From Vulcanimicrobiota bacterium (lineage in GTDB: Bacteria; Vulcanimicrobiota; Vulcanimicrobiia; Vulcanimicrobiales; Vulcanimicrobiaceae): a DNA stretch of 64,000 nt. Positions 19,759 through 28,323 of this stretch are shown in pieces. The translations under genes were made by a program, and so were the position numbers. The notes under the pieces were generated by a model, which did not search any database, was not told where the DNA came from, and worked only from the letters and a program-made list of their open reading frames with translations. The stretch covers positions 192,001-256,000 of the forward strand of contig CAWHWQ010000001.1 in assembly GCA_963833095.1 (NCBI GenBank), read 5' to 3'. Positions within the stretch are counted from its first letter, which is position 1. Each line of letters begins with the position of its first letter.

Positions 19759-19801
19759 TGTCATCCCGAGCGTAGCGGCGCAAGCCGCGCAGTCGAGGGA
19801 C
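19759..19801. repeat. REP-like GTCA-family half element
   Basis: tgtcatcccgagcgtag...agtcgaggga; same ends as the left arm of the element at 43845. Confidence 0.75.
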
Positions 19802-19810
19802 CGGCTATCC

Positions 19811-20527
19811 CTAAACCTTCTCGACTTGGAAGAACTCGAGCTCTACGGGCGTCTCTCTTCCGAAAATCGAGATGAGCGCGCGCAGGCGTTCTTTTTCGGG
19901 TTGGATCTCGTCGACCACGCCGGTGAAGTCGAAGAACGGGCCCGAAGTAACCTTGACGCGGTCGCCCTTGGCGAAGTCGATCTTGAGCTTGGGCGCTTCG
20001 ATGCCCATCTGCTTGAGGATCGTCTTGACCTCTTTCTCTTGCAGCGGCACGGGCTTTTCGCCCGGGCCGGGGCTGCCGACAAAACCGGTCACACCTTGCG
20101 TGTTGCGCACGACGTACCAGGACTGGTCGTCCATGATCATTTCAACCAGGACGTAGCCCGGGAACACTTTTTTCGGCGTGATCTTGCGCTTGCCGTCTTT
20201 GAACTCGACTTCGTCTTCCATGGGAACGAGCACGCGGAAAATCTTCTCGGCCATGTTCATCGAATGAATGCGGCGCTCAAGATTGGCCTTGACTTTGTTC
20301 TCGTAACCCGAATACGTGTGAATCACGAACCAGTTGCGGTTGTCTTTTTTCGCGGGGGCCGGCGCTTCGGCGGCACCATCGTCCCCGACGACGTCGATGA
20401 CTTCGGTGACGTCATCCTCGAGCGGCGGCGGAGTGGTAAGCTCGGCTTCCGGCTCGGCGATCGTTTCGACCGTGGTCGTTTCGTCGTCTTCGTCTTCTTG
20501 GAATTCGCGTTCGATATCGGATGTCAT
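19811..20527 (-). CDS. nusG: Transcription termination/antitermination factor NusG with acidic N-terminal extension
   Basis: WFVIHTYSGYENKV, FPGYVLVEM, GVTGFVG, IFGRETPVEL. Confidence 0.99.
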   Translation of the reverse strand: MTSDIEREFQEDEDDETTTVETIAEPEAELTTPPPLEDDVTEVIDVVGDDGAAEAPAPAKKDNRNWFVIHTYSGYENKVKANLERRIHSMNMAEKIFRVLVPMEDEVEFKDGKRKITPKKVFPGYVLVEMIMDDQSWYVVRNTQGVTGFVGSPGPGEKPVPLQEKEVKTILKQMGIEAPKLKIDFAKGDRVKVTSGPFFDFTGVVDEIQPEKERLRALISIFGRETPVELEFFQVEKV

Positions 20528-20529
20528 GA

Positions 20530-20763
20530 TCAGATGTTATAGGTGTGAAGCTGTGCGAAAAGCCACGCGAAGCCGTTGTCGAGGGCCCAGGTAATCAGGC
20601 CCACGCCGATTACTAGTCCCAGCGTCAGCACGGTTGCCGAAACCCACTCGTTGCGGGTCGGCCACGTCACGCGGCGCAACTCGGTGAACACACCGCGCAC
20701 GAGATCACTGCCGGCCTGCTGCTGGCGGCTCGCCGCTGCGGATTTCTTTTGCTCGTTCACCAA
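20530..20763 (-). CDS. secE: Preprotein translocase SecE
   Basis: ELRRVTWPTRNE plus one TM; between tRNA-Trp and nusG. Confidence 0.95.
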   Translation of the reverse strand: MVNEQKKSAAASRQQQAGSDLVRGVFTELRRVTWPTRNEWVSATVLTLGLVIGVGLITWALDNGFAWLFAQLHTYNI

Positions 20764-20789
20764 ACTTCTTTCGCTCCTGGGGTTAAACT

Positions 20790-20865
20790 TGGCAGGGCGG
20801 ACAGGACTCGAACCTGCAACCGGCGATTTTGGAGACCGCTACTCTACCAATTGAGCTACCGCCCT
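20790..20865 (-). tRNA. tRNA-Trp(CCA)
   Basis: Cloverleaf AGGGCGG...CCGCCCTGCCA, anticodon loop CTCCAAA. Confidence 0.97.
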
Positions 20866-20877
20866 AAACGCGCGCGG

Positions 20878-21042
20878 TTACTTTGTTTCGCGGTGTGCGC
20901 GGTGGCAACGGCAAAAGCGGCAATATTTGCTCAGCTCAAGCCGGTCCGTCGTCTTCTGTTTATTTTTTTGCGTGTTGTAGTTGCGACGTTTGCATTCGTT
21001 GCAGGCCAGCACAACCATCACGCGATTTTCTTTTTTAGCCAT
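20878..21042 (-). CDS. rpmG: 50S ribosomal protein L33 (Zn-binding type)
   Basis: [14 protein letters not shown]...RLEL.KYCRFC..H..H.E.K. Confidence 0.97.
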   Translation of the reverse strand: MAKKENRVMVVLACNECKRRNYNTQKNKQKTTDRLELSKYCRFCRCHRAHRETK

Positions 21043-21249
21043 CTGTAGTTTACCACGCGACATGAAATAAACGGCCCGCAGGACCGTTCTTAGCCCACTG
21101 ACTCTACCATAACCCCGCCCCGGCGTGCAACCTCTCGGGGCGGAGTCCGGCAAACCGTGCGCTAAGGCGCGCAGGGACCCCAAATAGTTTGAAAGGCGCT
21201 CCGCCGCTTCGCTGCGCGCCCCCCAACGTCGTTGGGGCCCCAAGAATCT

Positions 21250-21323
21250 TGCGTCCGCCCAGAATCGAACTGGGAACCTCGGCCTTAGGAGTGCCTTGCT
21301 CTATCCAATTGAGCTACGGACGC
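21250..21323 (-). tRNA. tRNA-Arg(CCT), no encoded CCA
   Basis: GCGTCCG...CGGACGCA, D arm GCTC/GAGC, loop CTCCTAA, T arm CCCAG-TTCGATT-CTGGG. Confidence 0.88.
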
Positions 21324-21419
21324 CCATCCCTCGCGGCCCGCGTCGTCGACTGGGACCTCGTGTGCTCCAACGCGCACGTCGGCCCCACTCTCCTAGCGTC
21401 CATCGAGGGCTGACCTTAT

Positions 21420-23057
21420 CTAGGCTAAGGGAGGGGGATTGCCCTCTTCGCGCCAGGCAACGAACCGGTCGACGAGGACCGGGTCGAACTGGGTGCCGGC
21501 ACAGCGCTGCAACTCGGCCAGCGCCCCGTCCTCGGTGATCCCGCGGTGGTAGGGGCGGTCGGCCACCATCGCCGAGAACGCGTCGAGTATCGAGACGGCG
21601 CGGGCGATAGGGTGAATGTCCTCGCCGGCGAGCCCGTGCGGGTAGCCCTCGCCGTCCCACCGCTCGTGGTGCTGACCGACGATCTCGGCGACCTCGGCGT
21701 AGCCGGAATGTTGCGCCAGCACGTGCTGCCCATATTGCGCGTGGCGCATCACGGCTTCGTATTCAAGCTCGGTCAAGCGGCCGGGCTTGCTCATGATCCG
21801 ATCGGCGATGAGGAGCTTGCCAACATCGTGCATCAGGCTGGCCTGCAACAACGTCGAGAGCGACGCGTGATCGAGATCGAGGTTATGCTCCGACCACAGT
21901 TTGGCCATCGTGTTGACCTGCAATAGGTGCACGCGCGTAAAGGGGTCGCGGTCGAGCAAACTTTCGACAATCGTCTCGATCCCTTCGAACGATCCATGAA
22001 CCGTGTAAGCGTCGACATCGTCGGCTCCGACCGGAATTCCGCCGAGCTTACGGCTCAGACGCGTGCGGTGCTCGCATAGTGCGACCACGTCGGCTCGCGT
22101 TCCGGCATCGAGCGGAGCCACGACGTAACCGCAGGCAATCGTTATCGGCAAGGTTTGATCGCGCGTCACATATGCGAGCTCAGCGAGCTTCGCCACGACC
22201 TGCATGACGTTATACGGCGCGAGGTCCGAGGCGCTGTCGCGCATCAAGACCATAAAAATGTCTCCACCAAAACGGCCCGCCACCATCGATTCCTCAGCGC
22301 CTTCGAAATCGCGTAATACGGCGGCGATGCGGCGCAGGACGTCGTCGCCTTCGCCGTGGCCGTACAACTCATTGAAATGCGCAAAGTTCACGACGTCGAA
22401 CATCATCGCTACGACCGGCTGCGTCGACGTCGTTCCGGCAATCGCGCTTTCCAATTCGCGCGAGATCCGTGTGTGGCTCGCAAGCCCGGTGAGCGGATCG
22501 TATTCAGCGGTGCGCTGCAGTGCCTGGTACATTCGCTGATTCTGCACCGCCACGCCCAGATAGTGCCCAATCGCCGCGATCGTTTCGACTTCTTCGGCGG
22601 AGTAAGCGTTCTCGTGAACGCTCTGGACCGACAGCGCGCCGACCATCGCTCCGCCGGCGCGCATCGGGACGAAGATCGCAGAGAGCGTATCGTCGGTCCA
22701 GGGGCGGTCGGGATTGATTGGATACGTCCCTTGCGGTGCCCAGACGTCGCGGCGATTCCCCCAGATCACTTCACCGCTTCCGATCACCGCGCGCGCGCGG
22801 GAACGCTCGGTCAACTGGATATGCGGGTAGCGCCGGATCTCGCCATGATCGTAGATGTACTCGATCGCGTGATTGCCGTCGGGATGGGCTAGCGCAATGA
22901 AAACGACGGCTGAGTCGATGTGCGCCGCGAGCATCGTGGTGAGGCGCTCGAAGAGTTCCCCGAGCGAAAGATCGGTCGACAAGAGCGAGGCCGCCTGCTG
23001 TATCAGCAGACGGTCGTTGCCGCCTTCCGGGCGCTTTCCGACCAGTTGATCCTTCAC
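21420..23057 (-). CDS. GAF-GGDEF(degenerate)-HD-GYP signalling protein
   Basis: GAF region, YDPLTGL, RFGGDIF, HDVGK, HHERWDGEGYP; start approximate. Confidence 0.88.
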   Translation of the reverse strand: MKDQLVGKRPEGGNDRLLIQQAASLLSTDLSLGELFERLTTMLAAHIDSAVVFIALAHPDGNHAIEYIYDHGEIRRYPHIQLTERSRARAVIGSGEVIWGNRRDVWAPQGTYPINPDRPWTDDTLSAIFVPMRAGGAMVGALSVQSVHENAYSAEEVETIAAIGHYLGVAVQNQRMYQALQRTAEYDPLTGLASHTRISRELESAIAGTTSTQPVVAMMFDVVNFAHFNELYGHGEGDDVLRRIAAVLRDFEGAEESMVAGRFGGDIFMVLMRDSASDLAPYNVMQVVAKLAELAYVTRDQTLPITIACGYVVAPLDAGTRADVVALCEHRTRLSRKLGGIPVGADDVDAYTVHGSFEGIETIVESLLDRDPFTRVHLLQVNTMAKLWSEHNLDLDHASLSTLLQASLMHDVGKLLIADRIMSKPGRLTELEYEAVMRHAQYGQHVLAQHSGYAEVAEIVGQHHERWDGEGYPHGLAGEDIHPIARAVSILDAFSAMVADRPYHRGITEDGALAELQRCAGTQFDPVLVDRFVAWREEGNPPPLA

Positions 23058-23115
23058 ACTGGGCTCCTGCAATGGGACTTTCGGCTCTGTTTCGCGGGAC
23101 TCGCCGCGAACCCCC

Positions 23116-23523
23116 TTAGGTCTTCTCGAAGGCCAACGACAGAGAGTTGATACAGTAGCGCGTGCCGCGCGGTCCGGGACCGTCATCGAAGACGTGGCCC
23201 AAGTGCGAATCACAACGCGCGCAGCGTACTTCGGTGCGGCGCATTCCGTGGCTTACATCCTCGAGCAGCCGTACGTTTTGCTGTTCGTGCGGATGCGTAA
23301 ATGACGGCCAGCCACAGTGCGAGTCGAACTTCTCGTCTGAAGTGAAGAGCTCGGCACCGCACGCGCCGCAGAGGAACGTTCCGTCGTCCCGAACCGCAAG
23401 CAACTCGCCGGTGAAGGGGCGTTCGGTCCCGGCCTCGCGTAGAATTGCGTAGCGCTCGGGGCCAAGCTCTTGCCGCCACTGCGCTTCAGTCTTGGCAACG
23501 GGTGGGGTGACATCGTGCTTCAT
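23116..23523 (-). CDS. msrB: Methionine-R-sulfoxide reductase
   Basis: GTERPF, CGWPSF, HLGHVFDDGP, RYCINS. Confidence 0.97.
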   Translation of the reverse strand: MKHDVTPPVAKTEAQWRQELGPERYAILREAGTERPFTGELLAVRDDGTFLCGACGAELFTSDEKFDSHCGWPSFTHPHEQQNVRLLEDVSHGMRRTEVRCARCDSHLGHVFDDGPGPRGTRYCINSLSLAFEKT

Positions 23524-23626
23524 AACATCCTTAAGAACGCCGCACGCCCTAGCGGCGGATGCGTCCAAAGGGCATAAGGAGCGCCAAGTTGCTTGCGCGA
23601 AGCTCAAGCGCCCGGAGGAATCGCTC

Positions 23627-24514
23627 ATGCGCCTGATCACCCGTGCCGATCTCGATGGCCTTACGTCGGCCATCCTGCTTCAAGAAGTGGAGCCGATCGA
23701 GGAAGTCGACTTTGCCCATCCCAAGGACGTGCAAGACGGCAAGTTTGCTCTCTCGGCTAACGACATTCTCGCAAACCTTCCTTACGACGAGCGGGCCGCT
23801 CTCTGGTTCGACCACCATGTGAGTCAGTCAGACGCCGCCTGGAATCCGCAGATGCGCGGGGAATTCGGCGTGGCTCCCAGTGCGGCGCGGGTTATCGCCG
23901 ACCACTACAAATCCGATAAGTTCGGCCGCTTCTCCGATCTGATGGAAGCCACCGATCGGCTCGACGCCGCGCTGCTCACGCGGGACGATATCGTCGATCC
24001 CAAGGGCTGGATTCTGGTCGGATATACGCTGGATCCACGTAGCGGTCTCGGCGCGTTCAAAGATTACTTCCGTCACCTCATGACCCTCGCCAAAGCGCAA
24101 ACCGTCGAGCAGATCCTCAAAGACCCCGAAGTAAGCAAGCACGTCGCGCGCCTCAAGGCCGAAGAGCCGGCGTTTCGCGAGCATCTGCTTGCGACCTCAC
24201 GCCAAGACGGCAACGTGGTGATCACCGACGTGCGCGGCCTCAAGAATCTTCCCAGCGGTAATCGCTTCTTGATCTACGAGCTTTTCCCAACTGCAAACGT
24301 TTCGGTACGCGTGGCTGACGGGCGTGGCGGAGAGTTTGTCTCGATTCAGGTCGGACACAACATTCTCAAACGCGACTGTAAGACGAGCGTCGGTGACATG
24401 CTCGCGGAGTACGGTGGCGGCGGCCATGTGGGCGCCGGAACCTGTCAGCCGACGCCGGCCGACGCCGATCGCGTGTTGGGCGAAATCGTCGAAAATCTCA
24501 AACGCAACGGGTAA
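23627..24514 (+). CDS. DHH-family phosphoesterase (often annotated exopolyphosphatase/nanoRNase-like)
   Basis: MRLITRADLDGL, FDHH, GGGGH.GAGTCQ. Confidence 0.85.
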   Translation: MRLITRADLDGLTSAILLQEVEPIEEVDFAHPKDVQDGKFALSANDILANLPYDERAALWFDHHVSQSDAAWNPQMRGEFGVAPSAARVIADHYKSDKFGRFSDLMEATDRLDAALLTRDDIVDPKGWILVGYTLDPRSGLGAFKDYFRHLMTLAKAQTVEQILKDPEVSKHVARLKAEEPAFREHLLATSRQDGNVVITDVRGLKNLPSGNRFLIYELFPTANVSVRVADGRGGEFVSIQVGHNILKRDCKTSVGDMLAEYGGGGHVGAGTCQPTPADADRVLGEIVENLKRNG

Positions 24515-24539
24515 TGCGCCCAAAAGCTACCACGAGTAC

Positions 24540-24570
24540 AACGGCCTCGCGAAAGTCGCGAGGCCGTTTT
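24540..24570. terminator. Terminator between the convergent DHH gene and tRNA operon
   Basis: aacggcctcgcga-aag-tcgcgaggccgtttt. Confidence 0.8.
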
Positions 24571-24576
24571 CGAGTC

Positions 24577-24651
24577 TGGAGCCGTTGACGGGGATTGAAC
24601 CCGTGGTCTCCTCGTTACCAACGAGGTGCTTTACCGCTAAGCTACAACGGC
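24577..24651 (-). tRNA. tRNA-Thr(GGT)
   Basis: GCCGTTG...CAACGGCTCCA, loop TTGGTAA. Confidence 0.97.
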
Positions 24652-24963
24652 GCGCCGGCGTTTGCTACTCCATCCTACAGTGGCAACCCTACCAGTTGCG
24701 GCGGCGCTAGCCTCGCTGTCGCGTAATCCTCGCCCCACCTCACATAGTGACTGCTCTTGCAGCTAAATGTCACCACGCCCCTGCGCAGCCACCCGCTCTT
24801 GACCTGTACACGGGTGATACGCACATCCTTGTCAGCCAAGAAGCCGGTAACGCGCGTTTCTCTCCAAAGGGCTTGGCGACGGTGTGCCCCTTATGGAGGA
24901 ACGCCGCCATGACCATGAGTTCAGAAACGAGACTACGTGGTTAGTCGCCCACCAGTCTGGCAC
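24652..24963 (-). ncRNA. Candidate unclassified structured RNA inside the tRNA operon
   Basis: About ten helices found by hand, many with G-U pairs on the minus strand; terminal GTGCC/GGCGC stem; no credible ORF. Confidence 0.6.
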
Positions 24964-24968
24964 GTTGT

Positions 24969-25042
24969 TGGAGCGGGCGGCGAGAATCGAACTCGCGCTA
25001 TCTGCTTGGAAGGCAGAGGCACTACCATTATGCAACGCCCGC
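24969..25042 (-). tRNA. tRNA-Gly(TCC)
   Basis: GCGGGCG...CGCCCGCTCCA, loop CTTCCAA. Confidence 0.97.
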
Positions 25043-25059
25043 GAAAGCCAAAGACGGGA

Positions 25060-25147
25060 TGGTGGGCCGGGCTGGATTTGAACCAGCGTATCGCTTTCGC
25101 GAGCCGAATTTACAGTCCGGTGCCATTAACCACTCGACCACCGACCC
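25060..25147 (-). tRNA. tRNA-Tyr(GTA)
   Basis: GGGTCGG...CCGGCCCACCA, loop CTGTAAA, long V arm TCGC-GAAA-GCGA. Confidence 0.97.
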
Positions 25148-25175
25148 ACGGGATCCCGGCACGGCTAACGACGGT

Positions 25176-25204
25176 ACGATACCACGGGCGCGAGGTCCTA
25201 GCAA
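25176..25204 (-). promoter_or_regulatory. Sigma70-type promoter of the Tyr-Gly-(ncRNA)-Thr operon
   Basis: TTGCTA-17 bp-TATCGT with extended TG. Confidence 0.55.
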
Positions 25205-25274
25205 GGATTGCGCAAAGCGCAATCCGGCTCGTTCGGGCTTCGCCCTCCGGAGAGACGATGTTTGTCGGAAGGGT

Positions 25275-25721
25275 CTACAAGGGCGCGTTGTACTTGAAGA
25301 AAGCGACCTCGCGCAGCCAGCCCTCTCGCTCGTAGACCTCTTGCGCCCGGTCGTTGTCGACAGCCGTTTCGAGGAACATTGCGGCCGCGCCGCTCTCACG
25401 CGCATAGGCCAACGCCGCATCGATGAGCGAGCGACCGATACCGCGCCGGCGAAACTGTGGCTCGACGAAGAGATCTTCCAAAATGAGAACGGGTGCGAGC
25501 CGCACGGTGCTCCACGACTCGAAGAGCTGCACGAAACCCAGCGCGAAACCAGCGCCACTGGCAAAGAACACCGTGCTCGTTCGATCGCGCAGGTGTTTGC
25601 CGATGAAGCGGCGCTCGCCGTCGTCGTCGGGCGGCTGGCCGTAGAACGTGCGATACGACCGCACCAGGGGCAAGAGCGCGTCGACGTCACGGGTGGTCGC
25701 ACGCCGCACGGTGATCTCCAT
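25275..25721 (-). CDS. GNAT acetyltransferase
   Basis: LEDLFVEPQFRRRGIGRSL, N..A..VYE..G. Confidence 0.9.
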   Translation of the reverse strand: MEITVRRATTRDVDALLPLVRSYRTFYGQPPDDDGERRFIGKHLRDRTSTVFFASGAGFALGFVQLFESWSTVRLAPVLILEDLFVEPQFRRRGIGRSLIDAALAYARESGAAAMFLETAVDNDRAQEVYEREGWLREVAFFKYNAPL

Positions 25722-25777
25722 GTCTACACAACTACCGCTCACAGGGCCGGCCTTCCCTCCACCTTAATGAATGCCTC

Positions 25778-27361
25778 ATGCCCAAAACCTATGACGCAAT
25801 CGTGATCGGGGGCGGTCACAACGGCCTGGTAGCCGCATGTTACCTGGCGCGCGCGAAGCGCAGCGTGCTGGTCCTCGAACGCCGCCACCTAGTCGGCGGT
25901 GCGTGCGTGAGTGAGGAGACCTTCCCGGGATTCAAAGTCTCGACGGCTGCCTACGTCAATAGCCTGTTTCGCCCCGAGATCGTGCGCGATCTGGATTTGA
26001 AGCGCTATGGATTTGAAGCGATCGAGCGCGATCCCGCGTCCTTTACGCCGTTTGTTGATGGGCGCTACTTGATGCTCGGCCGCGGGCAAGCGCGCGACGT
26101 GGAGGAGATCGCGAAATTCAGCCGCCACGACGCCCAAGTCTACCCGCACTACGAAGCGATGCTGCAGCGTGTCGCTGCGGTGATAGAACCGACGCTCACT
26201 CAAATTCCGCCCGACGTGTTGCATCCCAATTTGGGCGACCTCATCCATCTCGGCGCAATGGCGCGGGCGATGCAAAAAATGGGTCCCAATATGAACGAAG
26301 CGATCGAGATGCTCAGCGGCGCGGCACGACCGATCCTCGATCGCTGGTTCGAAAGCGAAGAGCTCAAAGGAACGCTTGCGACCGATGCAATCATCGGTGC
26401 GTTTATGGCGCCGTCGATGCCGGGTACGGCGTACGTGCTCTTTCATCACGTGATGGGCGAAACGAACGGCAAGCGCGGCGTGTGGGCGTATATGCGCGGC
26501 GGCATGGGCGGACTGACGCAGGCGCTGGCGCGAGCGGCGATTGATCTCGGCGTCGAAATCAAGACCGAAGCCGAAGTCGTCAAGATCCTCACCAAGCGCA
26601 GCGTAGCGACGGGTGTAGCGCTGCGCAGCGGCGAGGAATACGCCGCAAAACAAATTGCCAGCGGGGTCGACATGCATCTCACGTTCGAACGGCTTCTCGA
26701 TCCGTCGACATTGCCACCGGCATTTCGCGAGGCCGTCGGGCGCATTGCGTACGACAGCGCCTCGGTCAAGATCAACGTAGCGCTCGAGCGTTTGCCGAGC
26801 TTCACCGCCCTTCCCGGCCACGAACCCGGGCCGCAGCATCACGGCACCGTGCACTTCTGTCCCGATCAGGATTTCATCGAGCGCGCGTACGATGATGCGA
26901 AATATGGTCAGCCGTCGAAAGAGCCGGTGGTCGAGTGCTGTCTACCTTCGTCACTCGATTCGACCGTCGCTCCGCCCGGGAAACATCTCATGTCGATGTT
27001 CGTGCAGTACGCGCCGTATGCGCTCAAAGACGGCCCGTGGACGCAAAGCGTCAAGGACGATTTCGCCGACCGCTGCTTTGCGATCGTGGAACGCTACGCG
27101 CCGGGCTTTACCTCGTCGGTGATCGACCGCCAGATTCTCAGCCCGGTTGATATCGAACAGATCTTCGGCTTGACCGGCGGGAACATTTTTCAGGGCACGA
27201 TGCCGCTGCACAATCTCTATGCTTTTCGGCCCGTACCCGGCTACGCAAACTACAAGACTCCAATCAAGCATCTTTATATGTGCGGATCGGCGGCGCATCC
27301 GGGCGGCGGCGTTATGGGCGCGCCGGGGTGGAATGCGGCGCGCGTCATGCTCAAGGAGTAA
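25778..27361 (+). CDS. FAD-dependent oxidoreductase, phytoene desaturase-like (PYROXD2 type)
   Basis: GGGHNGL, GGMG, LYMCGS.AHPGGGV.GAPG.NAA. Confidence 0.88.
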   Translation: MPKTYDAIVIGGGHNGLVAACYLARAKRSVLVLERRHLVGGACVSEETFPGFKVSTAAYVNSLFRPEIVRDLDLKRYGFEAIERDPASFTPFVDGRYLMLGRGQARDVEEIAKFSRHDAQVYPHYEAMLQRVAAVIEPTLTQIPPDVLHPNLGDLIHLGAMARAMQKMGPNMNEAIEMLSGAARPILDRWFESEELKGTLATDAIIGAFMAPSMPGTAYVLFHHVMGETNGKRGVWAYMRGGMGGLTQALARAAIDLGVEIKTEAEVVKILTKRSVATGVALRSGEEYAAKQIASGVDMHLTFERLLDPSTLPPAFREAVGRIAYDSASVKINVALERLPSFTALPGHEPGPQHHGTVHFCPDQDFIERAYDDAKYGQPSKEPVVECCLPSSLDSTVAPPGKHLMSMFVQYAPYALKDGPWTQSVKDDFADRCFAIVERYAPGFTSSVIDRQILSPVDIEQIFGLTGGNIFQGTMPLHNLYAFRPVPGYANYKTPIKHLYMCGSAAHPGGGVMGAPGWNAARVMLKE

Positions 27362-27373
27362 CGGGAGGCGATC

Positions 27374-28168
27374 ATGCAATCGACGCTCACAACAATCGCA
27401 TTAGACGACGGCGCAACCACGACGCTGGAGAAATGGGGCGAACGCGGCCCGGTGATGCTCTGCGTGCACGGGATGACCAGCTCGCGCAAGGCGTGGTATC
27501 GACTCGCTCAACGGTTCTCCGATCGCTATCAAGTCGCGGCATACGATCAACGCGGTCATGGCGACAGCGCCGCGGTACGGGGCCCAATGACGCTCGATCG
27601 CGGCGTGGCGGATTTGCGCAACGTCGCGGCGGCGATCGGCGCCGATGTGCTGGTCGGTCATTCGTGGGGCGGTGCGCTGGTGGTGCGCGGTGGCCTCGAC
27701 TTAGCAGAGCGCGCGGTCGTAGCAATCGACCCGATGCTCGTGCAAGTCGGCGACACGTGGTACGCGGAGTTCATCGAAGACCTCGACGAAATGTTTTCTG
27801 CCAGCGGGCCGATTCGCGATGCGCGCGTTCGTGTTGACTACCAGCAATGGCATCCCGACGACATCACGGGAAAAATTCACGCGGTGCATTCGATGACCAC
27901 GGCTCCGATCGCGGGACTGCGCGATCAAAATCGCGATGGTACGTGGGATTTGCGTGGCGAAATTGCGATGTATTCGAAGCCCTTACTGCTCGTAATGGCC
28001 GGACGCGAGGGTTCGATCGTGCCCGACGCGGTGATGGCCGAGATCGACGCGCATCATTCGGCAAACGTCCGGATCGTGACGCTTGACGATCAAGGGCACA
28101 ATCTCCATCGCACCGATTTCGATCGCTTCGCAAACGCGATGGAAGACTTTTTGGCTTCGCTGCAATGA
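27374..28168 (+). CDS. Alpha/beta hydrolase
   Basis: VHG, DQRGHG, GHSWGG, GH. Confidence 0.9.
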   Translation: MQSTLTTIALDDGATTTLEKWGERGPVMLCVHGMTSSRKAWYRLAQRFSDRYQVAAYDQRGHGDSAAVRGPMTLDRGVADLRNVAAAIGADVLVGHSWGGALVVRGGLDLAERAVVAIDPMLVQVGDTWYAEFIEDLDEMFSASGPIRDARVRVDYQQWHPDDITGKIHAVHSMTTAPIAGLRDQNRDGTWDLRGEIAMYSKPLLLVMAGREGSIVPDAVMAEIDAHHSANVRIVTLDDQGHNLHRTDFDRFANAMEDFLASLQ

Positions 28169-28220
28169 TCATCCAATCCGACAGGAGCGAAGGCCGGACC
28201 GTGGAAACGAGGGCCGTCAC

Positions 28221-28303
28221 GCCGGAGTCCCATAGCGGTCGATTGGGCGGGTTTTGTAAATCCGAGACGCAAGTCCACGTCGGTTCGAATCCGACCTCCG
28301 GCT
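28221..28303 (+). tRNA. tRNA-Thr(TGT) with long variable arm
   Basis: Acceptor GCCGGAG/CTCCGGC-T73, anticodon arm CGGGT-TTTGTAA-ATCCG, V arm GAC-GCAA-GTC, T arm GTCGG-TTCGAAT-CCGAC. Confidence 0.9.
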
Positions 28304-28323
28304 CCGTTCGCTAGAAGGAACGC

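Noticed and set aside
24652..24968. tmRNA, RNase P, SRP, 6S or a group I intron in the tRNA spacer
   Set aside because: Lacks the tmRNA ends, RNase P GAGGAAAGUCC, the SRP GGAA/AGCAG loop and paired intron P7 elements; both flanking tRNAs are intact
24747..25335. Short ORFs over the tRNA cluster
   Set aside because: They overlap tRNAs and have no recognisable motifs
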